64,000 nt of DNA from Candidatus Latescibacterota bacterium (GTDB taxonomy: Bacteria; Latescibacterota; UBA2968; UBA8231). Numbering within the stretch: the first letter of the stretch is position 1; each line of letters starts with the position of its first letter. Location: NCBI GenBank assembly GCA_965208105.1, contig OZ242318.1, positions 1,856,001 to 1,920,000 of the forward strand, in the 5' to 3' direction. The notes below the pieces were generated by a model that saw only the letters and a program-made list of their open reading frames with translations, searched no databases and was not told the origin of the DNA. This document shows, in pieces, positions 9,688 through 18,996 of this stretch. Both the position numbers and the translations under genes were made by a program.

Positions 9688-10818
9688 ATGAACATCGGCA
9701 TCGCGGGAGCAGGCATCTTCGGCATGGCGGCGGCCCTGGAGCTGCGCCGGCGTGGCCACAGGGTGACCCTGATCGAGCGCGGCGAAATTCCCAACCCGGA
9801 GGCCTCGAGCACCGATGTAGCCAAGGTCATCCGCCGCACCAGCTACCCCAACGAGGTCTACGTGGAACTGGTTACCCGGTCGGCGGCGCAGTGGCGGGAA
9901 TGGCACGAGCGCACCAGCCGCTCCATCTACTTCCGCACCGGCAAGCTCATCGCGGTGCGCGGGCTCGGTCCTGACCACGAGGCCCTGGCCGGCCTGGAGA
10001 CCCTGAGCCGGATGGGAGAGGATATCTCCGAGCTCACGGCAAAAGAGGTGAACGAGAGGTTTCCGCAGTTCGCCGTCAGCTGCGAAGACAGGCTGTTCTT
10101 CGACCCCTGGGCCGGCTACCTGCGCAGCGGTCAGGCCCTGGTTGACCTGGCGGCACTCGCCCGCGGCGCGGGGGTGGATATCCGCGAGAACACCCCGGTG
10201 ACCGCGGTGGAGGATTCCGGTTCCGGCGCGAGGCTGAGGCTGGGCCCGGAGTCGCTGGAGTGCGACCGGGCGGTGGTGGCGGCCGGCCCCTGGGTGGCGC
10301 AGCTGCTGCCGGTCATTGCAACCAGGGTGCGCCTTACGCGGCAGCAGATGGCCTTCTTCGCTCCGCAGGATCCCTCCCCCTTCGAGCGCGGCCGCTTTCC
10401 GGTCTGGACGAGCCTGTCGCCGGGCAACCTCTGGTACGGGTTCCCCCTCCTGCACGAGGGCTACGTGAAGGTGGCCGAGGACAGCAAGGTCGACGACACT
10501 ACGGTGGATGTCTCGCGCCAGCCGACCCGGGCGTTTCTGGCCTGGGCGCGCGAAGTCGCCGCCGACCGCATCCCGGCACTCGACGGCGCCGAGGCCGTCG
10601 GCGGCCGCTCCTGCCTCTACACCAACATGGCCGACATTGAGGACGAGCAGTTCGTCATCGACTGGGCTCCCGGGTACCAGCGAGTCCTGATCGCCGGATG
10701 CGGCTGCGGCCACGGCTTCAAGTTCGGCGGATCCATCGGACCGGTGATCGCCGATGCCCTTGAGGAAAAGGAGAACCGCCTCGGAGACCTTTTCCGCATC
10801 GGCACGAGGTTTGCATAG
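9688..10818 (+). CDS. FAD-dependent oxidoreductase (sarcosine oxidase / fructosyl-amine oxidase-like)
   Basis: GAGIFG Rossmann motif, ASSTDVAKVIR, VVAAGPW, CLYTN, GCGHGFKFG. Confidence 0.88.
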   Translation: MNIGIAGAGIFGMAAALELRRRGHRVTLIERGEIPNPEASSTDVAKVIRRTSYPNEVYVELVTRSAAQWREWHERTSRSIYFRTGKLIAVRGLGPDHEALAGLETLSRMGEDISELTAKEVNERFPQFAVSCEDRLFFDPWAGYLRSGQALVDLAALARGAGVDIRENTPVTAVEDSGSGARLRLGPESLECDRAVVAAGPWVAQLLPVIATRVRLTRQQMAFFAPQDPSPFERGRFPVWTSLSPGNLWYGFPLLHEGYVKVAEDSKVDDTTVDVSRQPTRAFLAWAREVAADRIPALDGAEAVGGRSCLYTNMADIEDEQFVIDWAPGYQRVLIAGCGCGHGFKFGGSIGPVIADALEEKENRLGDLFRIGTRFA

Positions 10819-11145
10819 AAGGCAGGGCGAGGGCGGCTGAAACTGGACACTCACCACGATTGGTGCATCGAGGCGAGACACAGAAGATCTGCGCTCTTGG
10901 AACTTTCCACGGGAGGACTTTGCGAGATCATTACACCATTTTCAGGCACCTTATCAGACCCTTGCCTGCCACACTCCCCGCCTTGACAGAGCATCCAAAA
11001 CGGCGGCTTGTATGTCTGCCTTGGATTATCGAGTCATGGTTGGATGTATCTCCTTTAAGGGCCCTTTGTCTATTTTTCCGTTGTAAAGGTTTGATAACAC
11101 TTTGCACACCCTTCGTGTTTAGGTTAGGATTCTGGAATAAAGGGA

Positions 11146-11463
11146 ATGAGCAAGTTCGAGCCCCAGGTATTCATCTCTTACGCCGCCCAGGACGAGTTCG
11201 AAGCAGACCTGCTCAAGTTCGCCCTCGAGACGCTCCTGGCAGATGTTGACGCGGGCGCCTGGATGGAGCTTGCCTATGCAGACGCCTTTGAGGTTGGGAC
11301 GTTTGTGTTGCTCCATCACCTTCAGTATGGGGACTTGATGACTTCCGATAGTAGCGTTCCACCGCTTCTACTGGCAGGTCAATGCAACGCCGCCAAGGAT
11401 TGGCGCACGGTGGTGGAGGATATTCGAAACCTCATCATTAAAGGAGCGACAGATGGCAACTAA
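11146..11463 (+). CDS. TIR-like domain protein (short, probably internally deleted)
   Basis: VFISYA..D start motif and WMELAYA catalytic-Glu helix are only ~30 aa apart; overlaps next gene by 11 bp. Confidence 0.62.
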   Translation: MSKFEPQVFISYAAQDEFEADLLKFALETLLADVDAGAWMELAYADAFEVGTFVLLHHLQYGDLMTSDSSVPPLLLAGQCNAAKDWRTVVEDIRNLIIKGATDGN

Positions 11464-11812
11464 GGTTTTTGTTTCCTACGCCTATCAGGACAAAAAGTTT
11501 GTTGAGAATGTCAAGCATGAACTGGCGAGAAAGGGACACTTGCCGCCTGACGCATTATTTTTCGACGCGCAAGACATCTCCGCCGAGGAGAGTATCCGTA
11601 CGCAACTCAGGTCGGAAATCAGGGCAGCGGATACTGTTGTTATTGTGATGTCCAAACATGCCGAGACGTCTCAATGGGTCAACTACGAAGCGGGGCTTGC
11701 CGACGCTCTTGGCAAGAAGATTCTGGTTGTCGGAACAAAGGCCTCAGGAGAAGCTGCCTTGTTGGCCAACTTGGCCGACTATCAGCAAATCGAAATCGAA
11801 GCATCAAACTAG
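11453..11812 (+). CDS. Stand-alone TIR domain protein (TIR_2 / ThsB-like)
   Basis: KVFVSYAYQD, IRAADTVVIVMS, SQWVNYEAGLA (catalytic Glu79), GKKILVV; SD AAGGAG. Confidence 0.88.
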   Translation: MATKVFVSYAYQDKKFVENVKHELARKGHLPPDALFFDAQDISAEESIRTQLRSEIRAADTVVIVMSKHAETSQWVNYEAGLADALGKKILVVGTKASGEAALLANLADYQQIEIEASN

Positions 11813-11997
11813 CGCGAGTGTTCAGAGGGTCATAGCAGTAAGGAGGCTATTGTAGCAACGAGAGGTCGGCTTCCGTCCGTCCGGGAAGGGCTCAATGGCG
11901 TCCGTCAACCCCGAAAGAGATCATTAGTTGCCCAACCCAGGCGGCATCCATCCGAACAACTCTGAAAGACCGCAATCGATTATCAGGAACTTTACCA

Positions 11998-13380
11998 ATG
12001 GAAAATCAGACCGGAGCGATCATCGAACGCGGCCCGGAGGACTGGCAGATCGCACAGCAGGACGATGGCGGAACCGGGAGGATCGAGCTTGGGGGCAGGT
12101 GGAGGTCTGAGACCCCAGGACAGGTGGAGCTGCGCCTGGTGTGGGAGGATACGGGAGTGGCCGTCGCCGCCGGCCTTGACTGGCGGGAGGCTCTGACCGC
12201 TGAGGACGGCACCTGGAAAGCCGTGCTCGACGGCATCCCCGCAGGAGGGCTCTACCGGCTGGAAACGCGGCTGCGCACGGCGGAGAATCCGGCCGGGGAG
12301 TGGTCGCCCCGAGGGGACATGCGGCACTTTCTCGGAGTGGGCGACCTGTGGGTCATCGCCGGGCAGAGCAACTCGGCGGGATACGGCCGCGGGCCCTGCC
12401 AGGACCCGCCGGAGCTGGGAGTCCACCTGTTGCGCAACAGCGAGCGCTGGAGCCTGGCTTCCCACCCCATGAACGAGTCGACGGATACCCGGCACCCGGT
12501 CAACCGCGAGAACGCCAACCCGGGGCACTCGCCCTACCTGCAGTTCGGGCGAGTGCTCAAAAGGACGCTGTCCCATCCGGTGGGACTGGTGCAGACCGCC
12601 CTGGGCGGCTCGCCGCTCACCCGCTGGAACCCCTGCGAGCCCGGCCCGGCGGACCTGTTCGACAACATGGTGCGCTGCGTGGCCATGGCAGGGGGAAGAG
12701 TCCGGGGAATCCTGTGGTACCAGGGTGAGAGCGACACGGGCACCGACGCCGATGCTTCCACCTATGCCCGGCGCTTCGGACAGGCGGCGGCCGCCTGGCG
12801 CGAAGCCTTGAGCGACCCGGACCTGCCGGTGCTCACGGTGCAGTTGAACCGCGTCTACCAGCCCGCGGACCCGGACGCCGACAGGCGCTGGAGCCAGGTG
12901 CGCGAGGCGCAGCGCAGTGCGGCCGGACCGTCGGCGGGCACAGCGGTGGTGCCGGCCCTGGACCTGCCCCTGTCGGACCACATCCACACCAGTCCCGCCG
13001 GCAACATGCTCCTGGGCGAGCGCCTGGCGCATGCCGCCCTGGGGCTGGTCTACGGCCGGGAGGTAACCTGGAAGGCCCCTGACCTGGCGCATGCCCGGCG
13101 GCGCGGTGACCGGGTCGAGCTGGAGTTCGAGAACGTGGCGAGCCGCATGGACGCCGTCGACCCCGAGGCCAACAGCTTCCGGATCGAGGACGAGACCGGA
13201 GAGGTGTCCATCGCCGAGGTGGCCTATCCCCAGGATCACAGGATCGAGCTGGTCCTGCAAAGGCCGCTGCAGGGGGCTGCCCGGGTCCACGGCGGCTACG
13301 GCATGGCCCCGGCCACCGTGCCGGCTGACATGGAGCGCTTTCTGCCCATGCTGGCCTTCTGGAACGTGGAGATTCCCTGA
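11998..13380 (+). CDS. Sialate O-acetylesterase (SASA / SGNH hydrolase)
   Basis: VGDLWVIAGQSNS, TALGGSPL, GILWYQGESD, DHIH. Confidence 0.9.
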   Translation: MENQTGAIIERGPEDWQIAQQDDGGTGRIELGGRWRSETPGQVELRLVWEDTGVAVAAGLDWREALTAEDGTWKAVLDGIPAGGLYRLETRLRTAENPAGEWSPRGDMRHFLGVGDLWVIAGQSNSAGYGRGPCQDPPELGVHLLRNSERWSLASHPMNESTDTRHPVNRENANPGHSPYLQFGRVLKRTLSHPVGLVQTALGGSPLTRWNPCEPGPADLFDNMVRCVAMAGGRVRGILWYQGESDTGTDADASTYARRFGQAAAAWREALSDPDLPVLTVQLNRVYQPADPDADRRWSQVREAQRSAAGPSAGTAVVPALDLPLSDHIHTSPAGNMLLGERLAHAALGLVYGREVTWKAPDLAHARRRGDRVELEFENVASRMDAVDPEANSFRIEDETGEVSIAEVAYPQDHRIELVLQRPLQGAARVHGGYGMAPATVPADMERFLPMLAFWNVEIP

Positions 13381-13491
13381 TGATCGCACGCCCGTGTCCC
13401 GGGCTCGCTCTAGTCGGCGGGAGGCTGGTTCGGGACCCCGAAAGGGCGGAACTGCTTACCTCGGAACATTCGGCGGGCAAGGACTCGAGCC

Positions 13492-14466
13492 ATGAATAGA
13501 GAAAGAGCAAACCCGAACCACCTGGACCAGGAAATTCTCATAGAGCGGATCGAGAAGATTTTCTCGGACGGAAGATGGAACGGCCGCGCGGAGATCGCGT
13601 TCTGGAACGGCCATTACTACATGCCGTTTCGCTCAGGTTCGGAGCACGAGTCGTCGGACGGCAAGATCATGATGCTGAGATCCGTATCCCGCGAGCCAAG
13701 AGGGTGGAGCCTTCACAGCATGATCGACACTCCCGGGGACGATGACGAGGTACATATCCTCACCGATTCCGACAGGATGGTTGCATACATTCCTCACGAG
13801 GAGGAAAACTCGAGCATTGGTGTCGCCAGCTCCACCCTGGTCACCCAGAGCAAAGACGGCATCACCTGGACCGATCCACTGCCGGCCTACGAGGAGGGGT
13901 TCTCGTTCTGGAAGCCGATATCCCGCGCGGGAGCGCACTACCTGGCCGCCGACACCGCGGCGGGAGGAGGAAGAGTCGATCTGCTGAAATCCGCAGACGG
14001 GGTGAACTGGCAGAAGGTGTCGACCATCATCGAAGGCGGCTTTACCGAGACGGCCCTGGTCTTTCTCCGGGACCATACCCTGGCCGCCTTCATCCGCCAG
14101 GGCCGGGTTGCCCTTTCACCGCCACCCTACGTGAACTGGACGATCCACGAGATCCCGCCTCTCGGAGGTCCGGCGGCGGCCCGGGTGGGCAGCCTGATCC
14201 TGGTCGGTGGACGCACCTCCGCCCGGCGCTTTCCCGACGACCAGCCAGGCGAGTCGCGCACCGGGCTGTTCGCCTTCGACCCGGACGCGAAAAAGCTGAA
14301 CTGGAAGATGAACATGCTGACCCAGTGGGGAGGCGACGAATCCTATCCACATTTCTGCAGGATCGACCAGCGGCGGGCGCTGATGGTCTGGTACAGCGGC
14401 GAGGAGTACGAGCGCGGAGTTCCCAAACAGGCCGATCTTCTGCTGGCCACCCTCAGGGTTCAGTAG
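13492..14466 (+). CDS. Sialidase-like beta-propeller protein (BNR/Asp-box repeats)
   Basis: Asp-boxes SKDGITW and SADGVNW; FSFWKP; GGDESYP; WYSG. Confidence 0.65.
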   Translation: MNRERANPNHLDQEILIERIEKIFSDGRWNGRAEIAFWNGHYYMPFRSGSEHESSDGKIMMLRSVSREPRGWSLHSMIDTPGDDDEVHILTDSDRMVAYIPHEEENSSIGVASSTLVTQSKDGITWTDPLPAYEEGFSFWKPISRAGAHYLAADTAAGGGRVDLLKSADGVNWQKVSTIIEGGFTETALVFLRDHTLAAFIRQGRVALSPPPYVNWTIHEIPPLGGPAAARVGSLILVGGRTSARRFPDDQPGESRTGLFAFDPDAKKLNWKMNMLTQWGGDESYPHFCRIDQRRALMVWYSGEEYERGVPKQADLLLATLRVQ

Positions 14467-14570
14467 TGAATGTCCGGGAGGGGATCAGGGCAGTACCCCA
14501 TTGCCCAGGCTCTCAACCTGGCATAAGTTATTGACCATCAATAGGTCGCTAACCGGAGGTTTCCTACCTC

Positions 14571-15587
14571 ATGGTGAAATTCATTCCATATTTTATCACA
14601 CTGACCTTGCTTTTTTCAGCAGGGTATGGCACGGAGCAATCACCTTATCGGATTTTCTTTCTATCCGACCGCGATCGTCAAGGTCAGGGTCAGGCCGGGG
14701 GACCCGGTTCATTTGTCAGTTTATTTGACTATTTTTTAATGAATCCGAATGGGACCGATCAGGTCAAATTGACCGAAGCCCAGCGTTCGAACCTTTGGGT
14801 TTCTCTCTCGGCCGAGAGATCGCCCGATGGAAGCAAGCTTCTCTTCATGACCTTTCATCCAAATGGTGCCGCGGATGATATCGTTCTGCTGAATCCGGAC
14901 GGGACTGTCCAGGCCAAGTTGACCGACAACCAGTGGAGAGACTTTGACCCTACCTGGTCTCCGGATGGGAGCAAAATCGCCTTTGGCTCAAACCGCGATG
15001 CATATGCCCACAAAAAGGGTGAAGATATTTTCGTGATGGACGCCGATGGCACGAACCAGGTTAATTTGACCCAGAGCCCCGACAGCCGCGATGTTGACCC
15101 CCAGTGGTCTCTCGACGGAAGGAAAATCGTTTTTGCCTCCGATCGCCATGGGAGCTGGAATATTCATATTATGAATCCGGATGGAACCGGCCAAACCAAT
15201 CTGACCTCAGGTCTGGACTCGGATAAGCATCCCCAATGGTTTCCGGATGGAAGCAAAATCGCTTTTACCAGATTCTATCCCGAAAGCGGCCCAACAAACA
15301 TACTGGCGGTGGACCAGGACGGGACGAACCTGATCCATCTGACCAGCCACGAGGGGAATGACATGAGGTTCTCGTGGTCTCCGGACGGAAGCAAAATCCT
15401 CTTCGATTCGGACCGCGACGGCAACAGGGACATTTTCGTGATGGACTCGAACGGAATGAACCTGGTCAATTTGACCGGCAACTATCCTGGAGAAGATTTA
15501 GGGGCAAACTGGGTCGCAGCCGGGATTATCCCCCCGACAAATGTCACCACCAATTCATGGGGGCAGGTGAAGGCCGGATTTCGCTGA
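14571..15587 (+). CDS. Secreted TolB-like PD40 beta-propeller protein with C-terminal SWGQVK tail
   Basis: Signal peptide; repeated WSPDGSKIAF / IFVMD.DGTN..NLT; ends TNVTTNSWGQVKAGFR; more AT-rich codon usage. Confidence 0.88.
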   Translation: MVKFIPYFITLTLLFSAGYGTEQSPYRIFFLSDRDRQGQGQAGGPGSFVSLFDYFLMNPNGTDQVKLTEAQRSNLWVSLSAERSPDGSKLLFMTFHPNGAADDIVLLNPDGTVQAKLTDNQWRDFDPTWSPDGSKIAFGSNRDAYAHKKGEDIFVMDADGTNQVNLTQSPDSRDVDPQWSLDGRKIVFASDRHGSWNIHIMNPDGTGQTNLTSGLDSDKHPQWFPDGSKIAFTRFYPESGPTNILAVDQDGTNLIHLTSHEGNDMRFSWSPDGSKILFDSDRDGNRDIFVMDSNGMNLVNLTGNYPGEDLGANWVAAGIIPPTNVTTNSWGQVKAGFR

Positions 15588-15728
15588 TCCTCATTGAAAC
15601 GGCCGAAGCTCCGCAGCCATGACGGCCTGGTATCAGCTTGGAAAAATCCGGATCGGACCCGGAAGACAGGAAGGCAACAGAGTCCGAATCCGCAACCGAG
15701 AGGAAGACACAGCGGCAGACAATCTGCA

Positions 15729-16355
15729 ATGAACGTCGCCAACCATCGCCTCGCCGACACCGCCTTCATCGAATCGCCCAACCAGGGCGGCCCCTTTGCC
15801 CCGGGGCTTCCGGACACCATCGTCATTCACTTCACCTCAGGCGCCAGCGCCGAGTCGGCTGTTCAGACTCTCTGCGACCGCGAGCGCAGGGTCTCTGCCC
15901 ACCTGGTCGTCGGCCGCGACGGCAGGGTGACCCAGCTTCTGCCCTTCAACATCGTCGGCTGGCACGCCGGACGCAGCCGCTGGGGCGAGCGCACCGGCCT
16001 CAACCGCTACTCCCTCGGCATCGAGGTAGACAATGCCGGCCAGCTCTGGAGGCGGGACGGCCGCTACCAGTCCTGGTTCGGACAGACCTACCCGGCGGCG
16101 GAGGTGGTGCGCGGGACTCACCGCAACCAGGGTTTGCCCGGCGCCCATCCGGACATTCTCCAGCCGGTATCCTATTGGCACCGCTACGGGCAAATCCAGC
16201 TTCAGGTGGTGGAGGACACCTGCGCCGCGCTGATTGCTGCCTACGGCATTCGTCACCTTCTCGGCCACGAGGAGATCGCCCCCGACAGAAAGGTCGATCC
16301 CGGTCCGGCTTTCCCCCTGGACGAAATGCGCGCCCGCCTTCTGGCCATCGCCTGA
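15729..16355 (+). CDS. N-acetylmuramoyl-L-alanine amidase (Amidase_2, AmpD-like)
   Basis: IVIHFT, VSAHLVV, WHAG.S.W, N.YSLGIEVDN, GHEEIAPDRKVDPGPAFP. Confidence 0.92.
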   Translation: MNVANHRLADTAFIESPNQGGPFAPGLPDTIVIHFTSGASAESAVQTLCDRERRVSAHLVVGRDGRVTQLLPFNIVGWHAGRSRWGERTGLNRYSLGIEVDNAGQLWRRDGRYQSWFGQTYPAAEVVRGTHRNQGLPGAHPDILQPVSYWHRYGQIQLQVVEDTCAALIAAYGIRHLLGHEEIAPDRKVDPGPAFPLDEMRARLLAIA

Positions 16356-16399
16356 ATGGCCAACGAACGTCAACCGAAACCCCGGGAGACCCGGAACCC

Positions 16400-17380
16400 T
16401 TGGTCCAACATACACCTGCCATCGATGTCCGCGAGTTGAGCAAGACCTATGCCGTGCCCGTGCGCGAAGCGGGCCTGGGCGCGGCGCTCAGGAGCCTCCT
16501 CCGTCGCCGCACCCGCCTGGTCGAGGCGGTCAGGGAAATCAGCTTCTCGGTCTCACCTGGTGAGATCGTCGGCTTCCTGGGGCCCAACGGCGCCGGCAAG
16601 ACCACGACTCTCAAGATGCTGTCGGGCCTCCTGCATCCCTCCGGGGGCCGGGGCCTGGTACTGGGCTTCGAGCCCTTCAAGAGGCAGCGCGATTTCCTGC
16701 GCCGCATCACCCTGGTGATGGGCAACCGCAACCAGCTGATCTGGGACATCCCCGTGCTCGATTCCTTCGAGCGCAACCGGGCAATCTACCGCATCGAACG
16801 CGGCGCCTACCGGCAGACGGTGGAAGAGCTGACCGAGCTGCTGGACCTGGATGACCTGCTCGACAAGCCGGTGCGCAACCTCTCCCTGGGCGAGCGCATG
16901 AAATGCGAAGTAGCCGCCGCCCTCCTGCACAAACCCCAGGTCCTCTTTCTCGACGAGCCGACCATCGGCCTCGACGTCACCATGCAGCGCCGGATTCGCG
17001 CCTTCCTGGCCGAATACAACCGGCGCTACGGCGCCACCGTGCTCCTCACCAGCCACTACATGGCCGACGTCGAGGCTCTGTGCAGGCGGGTGGTGGTCAT
17101 CCACCGCGGCCTGCTGCTCTTCGACGGCCAGCTCACCGGGCTGGTGCGGCGCTTCTCGCCCCACAAGACCATCGTGGTCGAACTGGGAAACGGGCACGAA
17201 GACCTGGGCGAATATGGCGAGGTGGTGTCCAGCAGCGAGGGGCGGGTGGCGTTGCGGGTGCCCAAGGAGGAGGCCGCCCAGGTGACCGGGCGGCTCCTCA
17301 GGGAACAGCCGGTCCTCGACCTGACGGTGGAGGACCCGACCATCGAAGAGGTGATCGAAGAGGTCTTCGAGGGGGCATGA
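16400..17380 (+). CDS. ABC transporter ATP-binding protein (ABC-2 type exporter)
   Basis: GPNGAGKTT, LSLGERMK, LFLDEPT, LTSHYM. Probable TTG start at 16400. Confidence 0.93.
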   Translation: MVQHTPAIDVRELSKTYAVPVREAGLGAALRSLLRRRTRLVEAVREISFSVSPGEIVGFLGPNGAGKTTTLKMLSGLLHPSGGRGLVLGFEPFKRQRDFLRRITLVMGNRNQLIWDIPVLDSFERNRAIYRIERGAYRQTVEELTELLDLDDLLDKPVRNLSLGERMKCEVAAALLHKPQVLFLDEPTIGLDVTMQRRIRAFLAEYNRRYGATVLLTSHYMADVEALCRRVVVIHRGLLLFDGQLTGLVRRFSPHKTIVVELGNGHEDLGEYGEVVSSSEGRVALRVPKEEAAQVTGRLLREQPVLDLTVEDPTIEEVIEEVFEGA

Positions 17381-18180
17381 GAGGCCTGCCCGACATCTAC
17401 GCAACCCTCTTCCGCACCGACCTGGCCCTGCAGCTCCAGTACCGGGCGGAGATGGTGATCTGGCTGATAAACCGCATCGTCGAAGCGCTGGTCTTTCTGT
17501 CGGTGTGGAGCGCGGTTGCCCGCTCCCAGGGCGGGCAGGTGGGGGGCTTCTCCAGCGCCGACTTCGCCGCCTACTACATCACCATGATGATGATGGGACA
17601 CCTGACCTTCACCTGGTTCATGTTCGAATTCGAATACCGGGTGCGGTCGGGGGCCTTCTCTCCCCTGCTTCTCCAGCCGCTCCACCCGATCCACCGTGAC
17701 ATAGCCATTAACCTCGCATACAAGTTCCTGACCCTGACGGTGATGCTTCCGACAATGGGCCTGATGGTGTGGATCTTCGATCCGGCCTTCGACCCTCCGG
17801 CCTGGGCGGTCTGGGCCTGCATTCCCGTCGTCCTGCTGGCTTTCCTGATGCGCTTCTTCGTCGAGTGGGCCCTGGCCCTGGTGGCCCTGTGGACCACGCG
17901 CACCGCAGCCGCCAACCAGATCTACTTCGCCGCCCTGCTTTTCTTCTCGGGGCAGATGGCGCCCCTGTCGCTTTTGCCCGGGTGGCTGCAGACCCTGGCC
18001 GCGATGTTGCCCTTCCGCTGGATGCTGGCCTTCCCCACCGAACTCCTGCTCGGGCGCCTCACCCCGGCCGACGTGCTATGGGGGGTTGCAGCCCAGGTCA
18101 CGTGGCTGTTCCTGAGCTGGGGACTCCTTGCGCTGGTCTGGTCGCGCGGCCTGCGCAGATACTCGGCGGTGGGCTCGTGA
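17377..18180 (+). CDS. ABC-2 family permease
   Basis: LQYRA, multi-TM, G.FSPLLLQPL, FSGQMAPL, GLRRYSAVGS; ATGA overlap with previous gene. Confidence 0.9.
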   Translation: MRGLPDIYATLFRTDLALQLQYRAEMVIWLINRIVEALVFLSVWSAVARSQGGQVGGFSSADFAAYYITMMMMGHLTFTWFMFEFEYRVRSGAFSPLLLQPLHPIHRDIAINLAYKFLTLTVMLPTMGLMVWIFDPAFDPPAWAVWACIPVVLLAFLMRFFVEWALALVALWTTRTAAANQIYFAALLFFSGQMAPLSLLPGWLQTLAAMLPFRWMLAFPTELLLGRLTPADVLWGVAAQVTWLFLSWGLLALVWSRGLRRYSAVGS

Positions 18181-18962
18181 ACTATCTGCGCCTGCTGTGG
18201 GTTTTCCTGCGCGTCAGCGCCATGAACGAGCTGGCCTACCGGGCCAACTTCTGGGTGCAGCTTCTGCAGAGCCTGCTCAATCTTGGGGTGGCGCTTGCGG
18301 GTCTGGCGGTGATTTTCTCGCACACCGATGAACTGGGCGGCTGGCGCCCGGCCGAGCTGGTGGCTCTTCTGGGGGTCTTCTTCCTGATGAGCGGCCTGAT
18401 CGGCGCCCTGATCCAGCCCTCCATGCAGCGCTTCATGGAGGATGTGCGCATGGGCACTCTGGACTTCACTCTCACCAAGCCGGAGGACGCGCAGGTGCTG
18501 GTAAGCATCGGCGAGATGCGGATCTGGAAATTCCTGGACGCGGTGCAGGGAGCGGCCTTGATTGCGGTCGCCCTGGTCGAGATCGGGATGCGGACGGGTC
18601 TGGCTCACGCGGCGGGGTTCGCCCTGACCCTGGGCGCCGGGGCCGCCATCGTCTACAGCTTCTGGCTGGTGCTGGCAACGACTACTTTCTGGTTCATCAA
18701 GGTGGAGAACATCCTGGTGATCTTCCAGTCCGTGTACCGCGCCGGCATGTACCCGGTGACCATCTATCCGCGCTGGCTCAGGATGGCGATGACCTTCCTC
18801 GTGCCGGTGGCCTTCGCGGTGACGGTGCCCTCGGAGGCGCTTGTGGGCCGGTTGACCCCGGAGGTATTGGCGGGATCCGTGGCGATGGCGGCGGGCATGC
18901 TGGCGGGGTCGCGGGCGTTCTGGTTGTGGGGTGTGCGTCGCTACTCGGGGGCATCGGCCTAG
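18177..18962 (+). CDS. ABC-2 family permease
   Basis: LAYRANF, LGGW, GTLDFTLTKPED, YPVTIYP, GVRRYSGASA; GTGA overlap. Confidence 0.9.
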   Translation: MNYLRLLWVFLRVSAMNELAYRANFWVQLLQSLLNLGVALAGLAVIFSHTDELGGWRPAELVALLGVFFLMSGLIGALIQPSMQRFMEDVRMGTLDFTLTKPEDAQVLVSIGEMRIWKFLDAVQGAALIAVALVEIGMRTGLAHAAGFALTLGAGAAIVYSFWLVLATTTFWFIKVENILVIFQSVYRAGMYPVTIYPRWLRMAMTFLVPVAFAVTVPSEALVGRLTPEVLAGSVAMAAGMLAGSRAFWLWGVRRYSGASA

Positions 18963-18996
18963 GGAGGCTGAAACAGGTCACTTTGTTGAACGAGGA

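Larger units (their letters stand above)
10924..11926. mobile_element. Candidate ~1 kb lower-GC islet bounded by 10-bp direct repeat GAGATCATTA
   Basis: Repeat copies at 10924-10933 and 11917-11926. The interior is visibly more AT-rich than the flanks and holds two TIR genes. No recombinase nearby. Confidence 0.4.

Noticed and set aside
10954-11058. Minus-strand SD AAAGGAG + ATG ACT CGA TAA followed by a short protein-like frame
   Set aside because: Stops after 3 codons and the total frame is only 28 codons; it may be a relic but cannot be supported.
11110-11960. TIR pair as an integron cassette (GTTAGGA upstream, GCCCAAC downstream)
   Set aside because: No attC-like palindrome linking RYYYAAC to GTTRRRY could be built, and there is no intI gene.
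15638-17380. 580-aa ORF suggesting a long N-terminally extended ABC ATPase
   Set aside because: The first ~250 aa are an off-frame overlap of the amidase gene; the real protein starts near 16400.
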